Source: an uncultured Gemmatimonadales bacterium (GTDB lineage Bacteria; Gemmatimonadota; Gemmatimonadetes; Gemmatimonadales; Gemmatimonadaceae). Taken from it: DNA of 64,000 bases. The stretch lies in the NCBI GenBank assembly GCA_963793305.1, contig CAWBZV010000014.1, positions 1-64,000 on the forward strand, in the 5' to 3' direction. The notes below the pieces were generated by a model. It was not told where the DNA came from and ran no database searches. It saw nothing but the letters and a program-made list of their open reading frames with translations. Below are positions 1 through 10,660 of this stretch, piece by piece (position 1 is the stretch's first letter; each line of letters starts with the position of its first letter). Made by a program: the position numbers and the translations under genes.

Positions 1-1550
1 ACCCGGCCTGATCGTCACGTGCGTGATCGGCGATGGCGAAGCGGAGACTGGCGCGCTCGCAACCAGTTGGCACTCGAACAAATTCCTGAATCCTGTCCGC
101 GACGGCGCGGTGATCCCGATTTTGCACTTGAACGGCTATAAGATCGCTGGGCCCACGGTGCTGGCGCGTATCCCCAGGGCAGATCTCGTCAGTCTGCTCA
201 CGGGCTACGGCTATCGCCCGTACTTCGTGGAAGGGCACGATCCGGAGCCCATGCACCAAGCTATGGCGGAAACGCTCGAGACCATCGTGGATGAGATCCG
301 CGTCATCCAGAAGGATGCGCGAGAGAACGGATTCCGCCAGCGGCCGGTGTGGCCCATGATTGTCATGATCACGCCCAAAGGCTGGACCGGTCCCCAGGTC
401 GTGGATGGGGTGCAGGTGGAAGGCACCTTCCGCGCCCATCAGGTTCCGCTCACCGAGCTGGCCGCGAAGCCGGACCACATCCGGATTCTGGAGCAGTGGA
501 TGAAAAGCTATCGTCCCGACGAACTGTTCGATGACGATGGCAGACCCGTTCGCGAGCTCACAGAACTGGCACCAAAGGGTCCGCGGCGGATGAGCGCGAA
601 CCCGCACGCCAATGGCGGTTTGCTGCTCCAGGATTTGAAGATGCCGGACTTCAGGGCCTACGCAGTCGAAGTCGATCGCCCGGTGCCATGTACGCCGAAG
701 CCACCACATCCTCGGGGAATTTCTGCGCGACGTGATGACACTCAATCGGGGTCGGCGGAACTTCCGGCTGTTCAGTCCGGATGAGACAATTCCAATCGCT
801 CGAGGCGGTGCTCGAGCTCCAACCGCGCGTGGGTCGCTCGAGACCGTTATCCTACGACGACTCATCTCGCGCGATGGCCGCGTCATGGAGGTGCTCAGCG
901 AGCATCAGTGTCAGGGTTGGCTCGAAGGGTATCTGCTCACCGGCCGGCACGGCATCTTCTCGTGCTACGAAGCCTTATGCGACGATCGTCGATTCGATGG
1001 TGTCAATCAGCATGCGAAGTGGCTGAAGGTCGGCCACGGAGAGTGCAGTGGCGGACGGTCCATCGCCGTCGCTCAATTGTCTCTTGACGGCGCACGCTGG
1101 CGTCAGGACCACAACGGCTTCTCCCACCAGGATCCCGGGCTTCATCGACCACGCTCCTCTACGAAGAAGGCGGCGGTCGTCCGCGTCTATTTGCCGCCGG
1201 ACGCGAACTCTCTCTCGTCACCGACCATTGCCTGCGGACCGCAGACCACGTCAATGTTGATCGTCGCCGGGAAGCAACGCCGCGCCGCAGTGGCTCGACC
1301 TTCCCGGACAGGCGGTGGAGTCACTCGGCGCCGGTGGGTCCGCGTGGAAGTGCGCGGGCAACGACCGGACGGGGAACACGGATGTCGTGCTGGCTTGCGT
1401 CGGCGACGTGCCGACGCTTGAAACCCTCGCCGCGGTCAAACTCCTGCGCGAGCACGCGCCGGAACTGAAGATAAGGGTCGTGAACGTCGTCGATCTGATG
1501 ACGCTGCAGCCTAAGAGCGAGCACCCCCATGGCCTTGCAGACCGCGACTT
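1..1550 (+). pseudogene. xfp: Phosphoketolase (Xfp), partial, frameshifted several times and truncated at a junction near 1541-1550
   Basis: TPP motif GDGEAETG...LHLNGYKI in 23..784. Later Xfp segments lie in other frames: [79 protein letters not shown]. The frameshifts may be sequencing errors. Confidence 0.9.
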
Positions 1551-3532
1551 GAAGCCGTCGAACATTCTCGTGCGGCCTGACGGCAGCGTCGCGTTGCTCG
1601 ACTTCGGCATCGCCAAGCAGATCGAAGGTCTCGGAACGCCGGTCGATCATACGCGGACCGGACTCCGGTTCATGACGCCGGCGTATGCGGCCCCGGAGCA
1701 ACTGCGCGGAGATCGCGCTGGCGTACAGACGGACGTGTACTCGCTCGGCGTCGTGCTCTACGAGCTCCTGACCGAGCGGTTGCCGTTCGACCTGGCACAC
1801 CGGACACCGGGCGAGGCGCAGACGATCATCCTCGAACACGATCCCGTCAAGCCATTGGCGGTCGCGAAGCGCGTGGCCGAGCGTTCGGGGATTCCGGCGG
1901 GAGCGGCGTCGTGGGCGGATCTCGATGTGCTGTGCCTCACCGCGATGCACAAGGACCCGGAGCGACGGTATCAATCGGTCGAAGCGCTCATGCGCGATGT
2001 CGACCATTACGTGAAGGACCAGCCGCTCGAGGCGCGGACGGACTCGATGCGCTATCGCGCGGTGAAGTTCGTCAGAAGGCACCGCCGTCCGGTCGCCGCC
2101 CTGGGCGTCATCATGGCCGTCGTGGTGGGCCTGACCGCGATCTATACCGTGAGTCTGGCGCATGCGAGAAACGCGGCCGTGGCCGAGGCGGCCCGCACGC
2201 AGCGCGTGCAGCGGTTCATGTTGAGCCTCTTGGATGGCGGAGACGAGAACGAAGGGCCGTCCGATAGTCTCCGGGTGTTGACCATGGTCGACCGTGGGGT
2301 GCGCGAGGCCCGCGCGCTCGATCGAGAACCGGCGATTCAGGCCGCGCTGTACACCACGCTCGGCGGTGTGTATCAACAGCTCGGGAATCTCGAGCGAGCG
2401 GACTCGCTGCTGCGCGCGGGGCTCGACGAGCGGCGGTCCCTATATGGCGTGGAGCACGCCGAGATCGCCGAGAGCTTGGTCCTCCTCGGTCTCCTGCGCG
2501 TGGACCAGGCGCGCCTCAACGAGGCCGAATCGTTCGTGCGACAGGGGCTCGCGATGGCGCTGCGCGTTCGGCCTGCGAACGATCCATCCGTCGCCAGAGC
2601 GACCGCCGCGCTCGGATATGTCCTGCGCAATCGGGGCGAGAAAGACAGCGCGCTTCGGGTGCTGCAGGGCGCGGCCCGTATCCAGTCCGACTCGGCCGAT
2701 CTCTCGGAGACGCTGACCTCGTTGGCCAATGCGTACTACGACGCCGGCCAATACGCGGTCGCGGACTCGATCAATCAACGCGTGTTGGCGCTTGATCGAG
2801 TGATTCACGGCGACCGGCATCCGAGCGTGGCCACCGATCTCACTAATCTCGGGGCGATCGAGCACGATCTCGGACACTACCAGTTGGCCGAGGGCTTCTA
2901 TCGGCAGGCGATCGACATCGATCAGGCGTGGTATGGCGCCAATCACCCGGAGACGGTCTCGTTGCTGCCGATGCTCGCGCGGACGTTGATCGCGGAGAAG
3001 CGGTACACCGAGGCCGTCGGCATGCTTCAGCAGGCGCTGGTGATTCAAGAGAAGGTGTACGGGCCGGTGCATCCCCGCGTGGCATTGGTGCTGAATGCAC
3101 TGGGGCTCGCGGCGCTCGCCCAAGGGGATGTCGATGGCGCCGAGAGCGATTTCACCCGAATGGGCGCCATCTATCGCAGCGTCTATGGCGAGCAGCACTA
3201 CACGGCGGGTATTACCGCCTCGGATTTGGGAAGTGTGTACGCGAAACGAGAGGATTATCCGCGCGCCGAGCGCTCCCTGCGGGATGCCATTCGGCGGCTG
3301 ACCGACACGCAGGGTGCCGACCATTCTGAATACCGGTGTCGCCAGGATCAAGCTTGGGGAGGTCCTGTTGGCGGACGGACGGCTGGACGATGCCAGGCGC
3401 GAGAGCCTAGCGGGTTATGGAATCGTTGCCAAACAGCCTGGGACGGGCAATACCTGGCTCCTTACGGCGCAAAAGGACGTTGCGGCGGAGTCGGTCGCAA
3501 TGAATCGGAAACTGGCTGACGACCGACGATGA
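1541..3532 (+). CDS. Ser/Thr protein kinase C-lobe + TM helix + TPR repeats; N-lobe missing; frameshift near 3325
   Basis: [25 protein letters not shown], hydrophobic [14 protein letters not shown], repeated TPR-like G..HP.(V/T)A..L..LG. C-terminus continues in ORF 3314..3532. Confidence 0.85.
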
Positions 3533-3538
3533 CGGTTT

Positions 3539-3584
3539 TTGTCTCCCCATTTCGCACTGCGTGACAACACAACAGGGGAGACAA
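3539..3584 (+). promoter_or_regulatory. 10-bp perfect inverted repeat that pairs with the RBS of the 3586 gene
   Basis: TTGTCTCCCC (3539-3548) / GGGGAGACAA (3575-3584); ATG at 3586. Confidence 0.45.
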
Positions 3585-3585
3585 T

Positions 3586-4635
3586 ATGTGGCGTATCACC
3601 ATCGCGTCGTTGGTGCTCGCCGTCAGCGCTTTTGCCCAAGCGCCCGCTGCGCCGGCTCAAGCGCCCACGATCTGTGGCAATCAGCCACTCTGCTTCGAAG
3701 CGTCGGATTTCGCGGCCACGATCACCGATTTCCGGACGAGCCTGACGGGCGGCTACCATCTCATGGACGTGACGATCCGCTTCACGAACAAGACGAACAA
3801 CCTGCTCATCATGGGATACGCGAACGGGTCGGGGACCGCCACCGATGATCGCGGGAACCGGTATGTGCTCTGGGGTGGCAACGCGTTACGTGGCATGGGT
3901 TATGTGAACGGGCAGCAGTTCGATCCCAAGTTCCAGGTTCGCGCCGGTAGCTACGGCGATGCGCGGTTCGAGCTGCTGTTGCAGGGGAACCCGCAGGTCC
4001 TCGGCTTCACGTTCGAGCTCGATCTCACCGTCAACGAGATCAACGCGTTCCAGGGCAATCAGTACACGCTGGGTGGCGAGTTCCCGCTGATCTGGAAGGG
4101 CCTGCAGAATGGCGCCGCCGGCGCCGCGCCGGGTCAGGTGGCAGTCGCGGGTGGGGGCGGTGCCACTGGTGCGGCAGGCTCGCTCACGAGCATCCCGTGC
4201 CAGAACAGCAGCGTACAGAATGTCGCCAACGGCGCGACCAACACTGCGTCGACCGTCACATTGGCCGTTTCGAGCATCGGCTCGCTGTTCGGCAAGAAGC
4301 AGCAGCCGCAGGCCGCGGCCAGCGCGCCCGCAGTGCCGTGTACGCCGCAAGGTGGAACGACAGCGACTGGCGCGGCACCGGCCGGAGCGACCGCCGCAAC
4401 CACGACCACGACGACTACGTCGACGGGAGCGGTCGCGACCAAGCCCGCGGCCACGGCGGCACCGACAGCTGCGGCTCAGAAGGCGGTGGCGACAACGCCA
4501 GCTGCGGCTCAGAAGGCGGTAGCGACAACGCCAGCTAAAGTTGTCACGCCTGCGGCCACGACGACACCAAAGCCGACGACGCAGCCCGCGACCACGGCGC
4601 CGGCAAGCACGCCGCCCAAACCTTCGAGTCCCTGA
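3586..4635 (+). CDS. Secreted hypothetical protein with Ala/Thr/Pro-rich C-terminal tail
   Basis: Sec signal ending AFA-Q, GGGGAG RBS, beta-rich N-domain, low-complexity tail. Confidence 0.8.
   Translation: MWRITIASLVLAVSAFAQAPAAPAQAPTICGNQPLCFEASDFAATITDFRTSLTGGYHLMDVTIRFTNKTNNLLIMGYANGSGTATDDRGNRYVLWGGNALRGMGYVNGQQFDPKFQVRAGSYGDARFELLLQGNPQVLGFTFELDLTVNEINAFQGNQYTLGGEFPLIWKGLQNGAAGAAPGQVAVAGGGGATGAAGSLTSIPCQNSSVQNVANGATNTASTVTLAVSSIGSLFGKKQQPQAAASAPAVPCTPQGGTTATGAAPAGATAATTTTTTTSTGAVATKPAATAAPTAAAQKAVATTPAAAQKAVATTPAKVVTPAATTTPKPTTQPATTAPASTPPKPSSP
4466..4536 (+). repeat. 33-bp in-frame tandem repeat, 2 copies (AAAQKAVATTP)
   Basis: CAGCTGCGGCTCAGAAGGCGGT(G/A)GCGACAACGC twice. Confidence 0.9.
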
Positions 4636-4642
4636 GGATCAC

Positions 4643-4945
4643 ATGCGTCGCCTAACGTTGGCGGTCCTCGCGCTCGGCCTCGGTGGACTCACGGCTTGTG
4701 GGTCGGGCGTGCGCGGGACGTACTCGGACCAATCGGGTGCGTTCGTGCTCGACCTCAAGTCGGGTGGCAAGGCGAGCTTCGCGATTCCCGGTGATGCGAT
4801 CTCCTGCAACTATCAGGTCCAGGGCGAGAGCCTCACGCTCCAGTGCCCGGGCGATTCGGGCAAGCTCGTCTTCACGCTACACGGCGACGGGTCGCTGACC
4901 GGCCCTCGCGACAGCTTCATGCCCGCCTTGCGGAAGAAATCGTAG
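4643..4945 (+). CDS. Small lipoprotein
   Basis: GAGG RBS; MRRLTLAVLALGLGGLTAC lipobox. Confidence 0.8.
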   Translation: MRRLTLAVLALGLGGLTACGSGVRGTYSDQSGAFVLDLKSGGKASFAIPGDAISCNYQVQGESLTLQCPGDSGKLVFTLHGDGSLTGPRDSFMPALRKKS

Positions 4946-5146
4946 TCACGCCTCGTCCCGATCGCGCCCGAACAACCAGCGCAGCACCCAGATCACGAGC
5001 GCGATCGGGAGCACCACGAAGATCAGAAATTTGACCAGGCCGACCGCGATCAGGCCGATCACCGCGAGCACCAGCAATGGGATGCCGAAGATCGTGATCG
5101 CGAGCAGCGGGCGCAGGGCGAGCAGGCGGAGCAGGGCCGCGAGCAT
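4946..5146 (-). CDS. Small membrane protein (66 aa)
   Basis: Almost entirely hydrophobic with a charged C-terminus; fills the gap between neighbours. Confidence 0.65.
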   Translation of the reverse strand: MLAALLRLLALRPLLAITIFGIPLLVLAVIGLIAVGLVKFLIFVVLPIALVIWVLRWLFGRDRDEA

Positions 5147-5207
5147 CTAGAGATCCGGGAAGGGGATACCTGTCCTACGGGTGTGGTTGGGCCTAAAGTT
5201 TCGGCCC

Positions 5208-6380
5208 ATGGCATGGCAGTGGCTGGTGGCGGCGGCGTTAGCCCTGGCGACGCCCCCTCGCGTCCGGACCGACGCCGGTGTCGTGGAAGGAATCGTCGAC
5301 TCCGCGACCGGCGTCGAGGTCTTCCGGGGCATTCCCTACGCCGCCCCGGCCGTCTGGGGCCAGTCGCCGCAGCCGCCACTCCCGTGGACCGGAGTGCGCC
5401 GCGCGGACGGGCTGGGCTGGAACTGCATACAGCCGCAGGTCTACGACGACATCGACCCGTTCACGGCCGGCGTGTCTCAGGACTGTCTATTCCTCAACGT
5501 CTGGACCTCGGGGACGGGCGGGAAGCGGCCGGTGATGTTCTGGATCCACGGCGGAGGATTCAAGGCGGGATTCGGTGGCGAGGCGCGACATGATGGGGGC
5601 CGCCTCGCGCAAAAGGGCGTGGTCGTCGTCACGATCAACTACCGGCTCGGCGATTTTGGGTTCAAGGGCGGCAACTACGGCTTGCGCGATCAGATCGCCG
5701 CCCTGCGCTGGGTCCGGCGCAACATCGCGCGCTTTGGTGGCGATCCGGCGCGCGTAACGATCTTCGGCGAGTCGGCGGGTGGGATGAGCGTCGGCGCACT
5801 CATGGTCTCGCCGCTCGCGCGCGGACTGTTTCAGCGCGCGATCCTGGAGAGCGGCACAGGGATCCATTCCGATATCCTGCGTCCGGACGGCGTCGTGCCG
5901 CCGCGGACGGTCGACTCCGCGCTCGCGTTCGGTTCGATACAGCCAGTTCCCGTGATCGTCGGCAATAACGCCGACGAAAGCGACACCGCGTTCGGCGCGC
6001 CGGCCCGCGCCTTCGCACGGCTCGTCACCGGGCGCGGCGGGCGCGTCTATCGGTACGTGTTCACCTACGCCAGCGACAGCCGCGGCGCCTACCACAGCGC
6101 CGAGATCCCGTTCGTGTTCGATCATGCGGGCGTGCCGTTAGCGGAGACAATGAGCGATTACTGGGTCGCGTTCGCGACGAGCGGCGATCCGAATGGCGAT
6201 GGTCGACCCCAGTGGCCGGTGTACGACGCGAAGAGCGATTCGTACCTGGAGCTCGGTTCCGTGGTGCAAGCGAAAACCGCATTTCGGCAATCCCAATTCG
6301 ATTCGCTCGACGCTATCGCGCGACATGCGGGTGAAATCAGGGGTGAGCCGGCCCGGCGGAGGGGCGGCCCGGGCGCGTGA
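5208..6380 (+). CDS. Carboxylesterase type B family, secreted, compact
   Basis: FRGIPYAAP, QDCLFLNVW, WIHGGG, GESAG nucleophile, NADE, AYHSAEI. Confidence 0.9.
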   Translation: MAWQWLVAAALALATPPRVRTDAGVVEGIVDSATGVEVFRGIPYAAPAVWGQSPQPPLPWTGVRRADGLGWNCIQPQVYDDIDPFTAGVSQDCLFLNVWTSGTGGKRPVMFWIHGGGFKAGFGGEARHDGGRLAQKGVVVVTINYRLGDFGFKGGNYGLRDQIAALRWVRRNIARFGGDPARVTIFGESAGGMSVGALMVSPLARGLFQRAILESGTGIHSDILRPDGVVPPRTVDSALAFGSIQPVPVIVGNNADESDTAFGAPARAFARLVTGRGGRVYRYVFTYASDSRGAYHSAEIPFVFDHAGVPLAETMSDYWVAFATSGDPNGDGRPQWPVYDAKSDSYLELGSVVQAKTAFRQSQFDSLDAIARHAGEIRGEPARRRGGPGA

Positions 6381-6408
6381 CCCGGCGCCATTTTCGTATC
6401 TTGTGCCC

Positions 6409-7464
6409 ATGCGGTGGCTCAAACTGCTCGGCTGGGGACTCCTCGGGTACACGCCGATTCTCGTGTTCTCGATCAGCGAGCACGCCATCGACGCCATCCG
6501 ACTCGGCCAAGCCATCAAGTGGAAGGAGATCCTGGTCGGCCGATCGCTCGAGGAGTACACGTGCGCGGCCGCCGTGCCCGCCCTCTTCTGGCTCACCGAG
6601 AAGTTCCCGATCGATCGGCACGGGTGGGCGCGACGCATCCCGATACTCGTGGTCGGCGCGCTGGCGCTCGCGGTAGGCAAATACCTCCTGTTCTTTCCGC
6701 TCTTCTTCGCGTTCTGGCGCACGTACTGGCACATGCCGACCGCGCAGATGCCCGCGTTCATCGCCAGCAACGCACTGTCCGTCACGTTCGATTTCGCGAG
6801 CGTCATCGTGGTCGCGCACGCGGTGCGGTACTACCAACGGTCGCGCGAGCGCGAGCGCACGGAGGCGGCGCTGCGCGTGCAGTTGTCGCAAGCGCAACTG
6901 GAGGCGCTCAAATCGCAACTGCATCCGCATTTTCTCTTCAACACGTTGAACTCCGTCGCCGCGCTCATGCACTGGGACGTGGCGGCGGCGGACGAAATGG
7001 TGACCCAGCTCTCCGAGCTGCTCCGCGAGACGCTGCGACATCCCGGGACGCACGAGATTCCCTTGTCGGAAGAGATCGCGCTCATCGAGCGGTATCTGTC
7101 GATTGTGCGCGCGCGCTTTCAGGATCGACTGACAGTGGCCTATGACATTGCGTCGGATGTACGGACGGCGATGGTGCCCCATTTCATCCTGCAGCCCCTC
7201 GTCGAGAATGCGCTGGAACACGGGATTGCGTTGGAGCCCGGTCCCGGTCGGATCGCGATCACGGCTACTCGCGCCGGTGACCAGTTGCGTATCGCCGTCG
7301 TGGACGATGGTCCGGGCTTGGATTCGGGGAAGACCAACGGCATAGGCCTCGCGAACACGAGGGCAAGGCTGGCGGAGCTGTATGGCGAGCGGCAAGGCCT
7401 GACGCTGGAAGCGTCGCAGCCCAAGGGGGCACGCGTAACGGTCACCCTTCCCTATCACGCATGA
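6409..7464 (+). CDS. LytS/YehU-type sensor histidine kinase
   Basis: N-terminal TMs, QLHPHFLFNTLN, LQPLVENA, DDGPG, GIGLAN. Confidence 0.92.
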   Translation: MRWLKLLGWGLLGYTPILVFSISEHAIDAIRLGQAIKWKEILVGRSLEEYTCAAAVPALFWLTEKFPIDRHGWARRIPILVVGALALAVGKYLLFFPLFFAFWRTYWHMPTAQMPAFIASNALSVTFDFASVIVVAHAVRYYQRSRERERTEAALRVQLSQAQLEALKSQLHPHFLFNTLNSVAALMHWDVAAADEMVTQLSELLRETLRHPGTHEIPLSEEIALIERYLSIVRARFQDRLTVAYDIASDVRTAMVPHFILQPLVENALEHGIALEPGPGRIAITATRAGDQLRIAVVDDGPGLDSGKTNGIGLANTRARLAELYGERQGLTLEASQPKGARVTVTLPYHA

Positions 7465-8223
7465 CATACCGCGTGATCATCGCCGACGACGAGATGTTGG
7501 CGCGCAAGCGATTGCGCATGATGCTGGAGACCAAGCCGGAGTACACGATCGTCGCGGAATGCGCCAATGGAACGGAGACGGTCGAGGCCATCGTGCAGCA
7601 CGAACCCGACCTCGTGTTCCTGGACATCAAGATGCCGGCGCTCGATGGGTTCGATGTCCTCGAGGCGCTCGACGCGGCGCGCGTGCCGCCGGCGATCGTG
7701 TTCGTGACGGCGTTCGATGCGTATGCCGTGAAGGCGTTCGAACGTCAGCGCGACGGACTATCTCTTGAAACCATTCAACGCCAGCCGCCTCGACAAGGCC
7801 CTCGCGCGCGTGGCCGTGCGACTGCGCCCGACCGGTCTCGAGCCGCACCTGCGGACGTTCCTCGAGACACTGAAGAGTGAGCGCGCCTATCCCGACCGCT
7901 TTTTGGTGCGCGCGTCGAATCATCTCTACTTCGTTCGCGAAGCAGATATCGAGTGGGTCGATGCAGCGGACAACTACGTGCGACTGCATGCCGGAGGACG
8001 CATCCACTTCGTGCGCGACACCATGAAAGCCTTCGTCGGGAAGTTGCATCCAGACCGGTTTATTCGGGTACACCGGTCGGTGATCGTGAACCTCTCTCAC
8101 GTGCAGAAGCTCGAGCCCCACGGTCATGGCGAGTACGTGTTGACCATGCGCGACGGCTCGCGGGTCACGTCGAGTCGGTCGCATAGCGAGCGGCTCCACG
8201 CCTTACTGAAAGAGTCGCGCTGA
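7461..8223 (+). CDS. LytTR response regulator, frameshift near 7745
   Basis: Receiver (IADDE, FLDIKMP, VTAFD) in 7461..7880; KPF and LytTR domain (AADNYV, FIRVHRS) in 7765..8223. Confidence 0.9.
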
Positions 8224-8240
8224 GGCCATATTGATAGGCC

Positions 8241-9287
8241 ATGATCCGTTTCGTAACCGTTTTGCTGGGATTGTTGAGCGCCCCGACCATCCCGGATCTG
8301 TCGACGCTCCCCCGCGCTCGAGCAACGCTGGACCCCGCGCACCACACCCTCGTCATCGAGCTCGTGCCCGTCGACCTGCCGGCGGCATCCAGCGGCATGA
8401 GCATGATGAGCCTGCCGACACAACAGCTGATCATCCCAGCCAGCGGCTCGATCTACAGCATCCAAACGGCGGTCATCGATAGCGCCGGCAACGAGCTCCC
8501 GCGTCCGTTCCTGCACCACGTCAATCTGCGCGATCCGAATCGCCGCGATCTGTTCTTGTCGACCGGCTTGCACATCCTGGCGGCGTCAAAGGAGACGCCG
8601 ACCCTCGATGTCCCGCAGCTCGTACTCGGCCTCCCACTGGAGCGCGGCCAGCGACTCCTGGCGACGGCCATGCTCAACAACCCCACGGACACCCCATATC
8701 ACGGTGTCCGCATTCGCCTCACGTTCGGGTATCGACTGACCGAGGGATTCGCGGGATCAGTCTTCCCGCTCTTCCGTGCGTATCCTTGGGTGCTCGACGT
8801 AAAGTTCCCGCTCGGCACGGGCCCGGACGGTAGCCTGGCGTTCGATCTCCCGCCTGGGCAAACCGTTCAATCGTGGGAGTCGAGCCCCGCCATCTCAGGG
8901 TACGTGTTGGGCCTCGGTGGCCACGTCCACGATTTCGCGACCGAGCTGGAGCTCACGGACGCGACGACTGGCCAGGTGATCTGGCGTCAGAAACCTGTCA
9001 AGGATTCGTCAGGACACGTTCTGGAGATGCCGATCACCAAGTTCTATCGCTGGTATCGACTCGGGCTTAGAATCGAAGCGTCCCATCGGTATCGCATCAC
9101 GGTCCGATACGACAATCCGACCGGGCGGACGCTCCACGGTGCCGGTATGGGCGCGGTCGCCGGGTTGTTCGTGCCGGATCGGGGGAAGCGATGGCCAATG
9201 GTGGATACGACCGACGCTGTATATCGACAGGATCTCGGCGAAGCCTTCCTCCCCGTTGATATGAAGGGGATGGATATGGAGCACTAG
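8241..9287 (+). CDS. Secreted protein, candidate PHM/DBH-like copper monooxygenase fold
   Basis: Signal peptide; LHH, GHVH, YDN and late Met in the order of PHM copper ligands. Confidence 0.55.
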   Translation: MIRFVTVLLGLLSAPTIPDLSTLPRARATLDPAHHTLVIELVPVDLPAASSGMSMMSLPTQQLIIPASGSIYSIQTAVIDSAGNELPRPFLHHVNLRDPNRRDLFLSTGLHILAASKETPTLDVPQLVLGLPLERGQRLLATAMLNNPTDTPYHGVRIRLTFGYRLTEGFAGSVFPLFRAYPWVLDVKFPLGTGPDGSLAFDLPPGQTVQSWESSPAISGYVLGLGGHVHDFATELELTDATTGQVIWRQKPVKDSSGHVLEMPITKFYRWYRLGLRIEASHRYRITVRYDNPTGRTLHGAGMGAVAGLFVPDRGKRWPMVDTTDAVYRQDLGEAFLPVDMKGMDMEH

Positions 9288-9289
9288 CT

Positions 9290-10660
9290 ATGACTTGGTG
9301 GCGTGTCTGCGCGGCAATCACACTGGGCGTGACGAGCGCGAGCGCTCAAAGCCCGAAGTTCGAGATACCGGTGACGGCCGGCGCAATGTCGAATGGCCTC
9401 CGCTACGTGTTGTCGCCCGATCATTCGGCGCCGATCGTGACGGTCGCCGTCTACTACCATATCGGCTTCCGCATCGAGCCCCGCGACCGGACCGGGTTCG
9501 CGCACTTGTTCGAGCACCTGATGTTCCAAGGCTCCCAGAATCTGGGAAAGATGGAATTCATCAAGCTCGTGCAGTCGAACGGCGGCATCTTGAACGGCTC
9601 GACGCGCTTCGACTTCACGAATTATTTCGAGACCGTCCCCGCGAACACCCTGCAGACGTTCTTGTGGGCAGAAGCCGACCGCATGCGGTCGCTCGCCATC
9701 ACGCAAGACAATCTGACGAACCAGCAGGGCGTGGTGAAGAGCGAGGTCCGGGTCAACGTGTTGAATCGTCCGTACGGTGGATTCCCCTGGCTCGACATGC
9801 CGCAGTACGCGAACACGAATTGGTACAACGCCCACAACTTCTACGGCGACCTGCGCGACATTGACGCGGCGACGCTCGCTGACGCCGAGGCGTTCCATAA
9901 GACGTATTACTCGCCGCGCAACGCGGTGGTCGTCGTCACCGGTGACTTCGTCGTGTCGGACGCGATGGGGTGGATCCAGAAGTACTTCGGGAACATCCCG
10001 GATACGCCTTTGCCGCCGCGGCCCGATCTGACGGAGCCGAAGCAAGAGAAGGAGATTCGGGCGAATAAGACCGACTCACTCGCCACGCGGCCGGCGCTGG
10101 CATTCGCGTATCACATGCCGCCGAGGAATACGCCGGAGTACTTCGCCATGGGGCTGATCGATCAGATCTTGCTCCAAGGGCATGATGCGAAGCTCTACCA
10201 GGCGCTCGTCCAGCGCGCTGGCGTCACCGGCGACGTCAGCGGCGGCATCAATTTGCTCGGCAACATGTTCGACTACGAAGGGCCGATGGTATGGATGGTG
10301 TCGCTCTTTCACGACGCGCAGCATTCGCCCGATGAGATTCTCAAGTTGGCGGATGCGGTCATCGATTCCCTGCGGACGGTCCCGGTCGATCCGGCCACGC
10401 TCGAGCGGGCCCGGGTCAAAGAACGCGCGGACCTGTACAACATCATCGGCGGGCAGGCCGGGTTCGGGCGGGCCGACTTGCTGGCGAGCTATGCGCTCTT
10501 CGACAACAATGCCAACTACGTCAATTCGCTCGAAGGGCAGTTTCGCGCGGTGACGCCCGCGGTGATTTTGAGAACCGCCAAAGAATACTTACGGCCAACC
10601 AATCGGACCGTCCTCACCATCGTGCCCGGGAAGACGACAAATGGCGCTGTCGGCAAATAG
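9290..10660 (+). CDS. M16 zinc peptidase, catalytic subunit
   Basis: TGFAHLFEH (HxxEH), NGST, signal peptide. Confidence 0.92.
   Translation: MTWWRVCAAITLGVTSASAQSPKFEIPVTAGAMSNGLRYVLSPDHSAPIVTVAVYYHIGFRIEPRDRTGFAHLFEHLMFQGSQNLGKMEFIKLVQSNGGILNGSTRFDFTNYFETVPANTLQTFLWAEADRMRSLAITQDNLTNQQGVVKSEVRVNVLNRPYGGFPWLDMPQYANTNWYNAHNFYGDLRDIDAATLADAEAFHKTYYSPRNAVVVVTGDFVVSDAMGWIQKYFGNIPDTPLPPRPDLTEPKQEKEIRANKTDSLATRPALAFAYHMPPRNTPEYFAMGLIDQILLQGHDAKLYQALVQRAGVTGDVSGGINLLGNMFDYEGPMVWMVSLFHDAQHSPDEILKLADAVIDSLRTVPVDPATLERARVKERADLYNIIGGQAGFGRADLLASYALFDNNANYVNSLEGQFRAVTPAVILRTAKEYLRPTNRTVLTIVPGKTTNGAVGK

Noticed and set aside
1315..3519. 734-aa ORF as a genuine new fusion protein
   Set aside because: Both halves are truncated, there is no Gly-rich loop or VAIK lysine, and the join is at a probable microhomology in an error-rich region.
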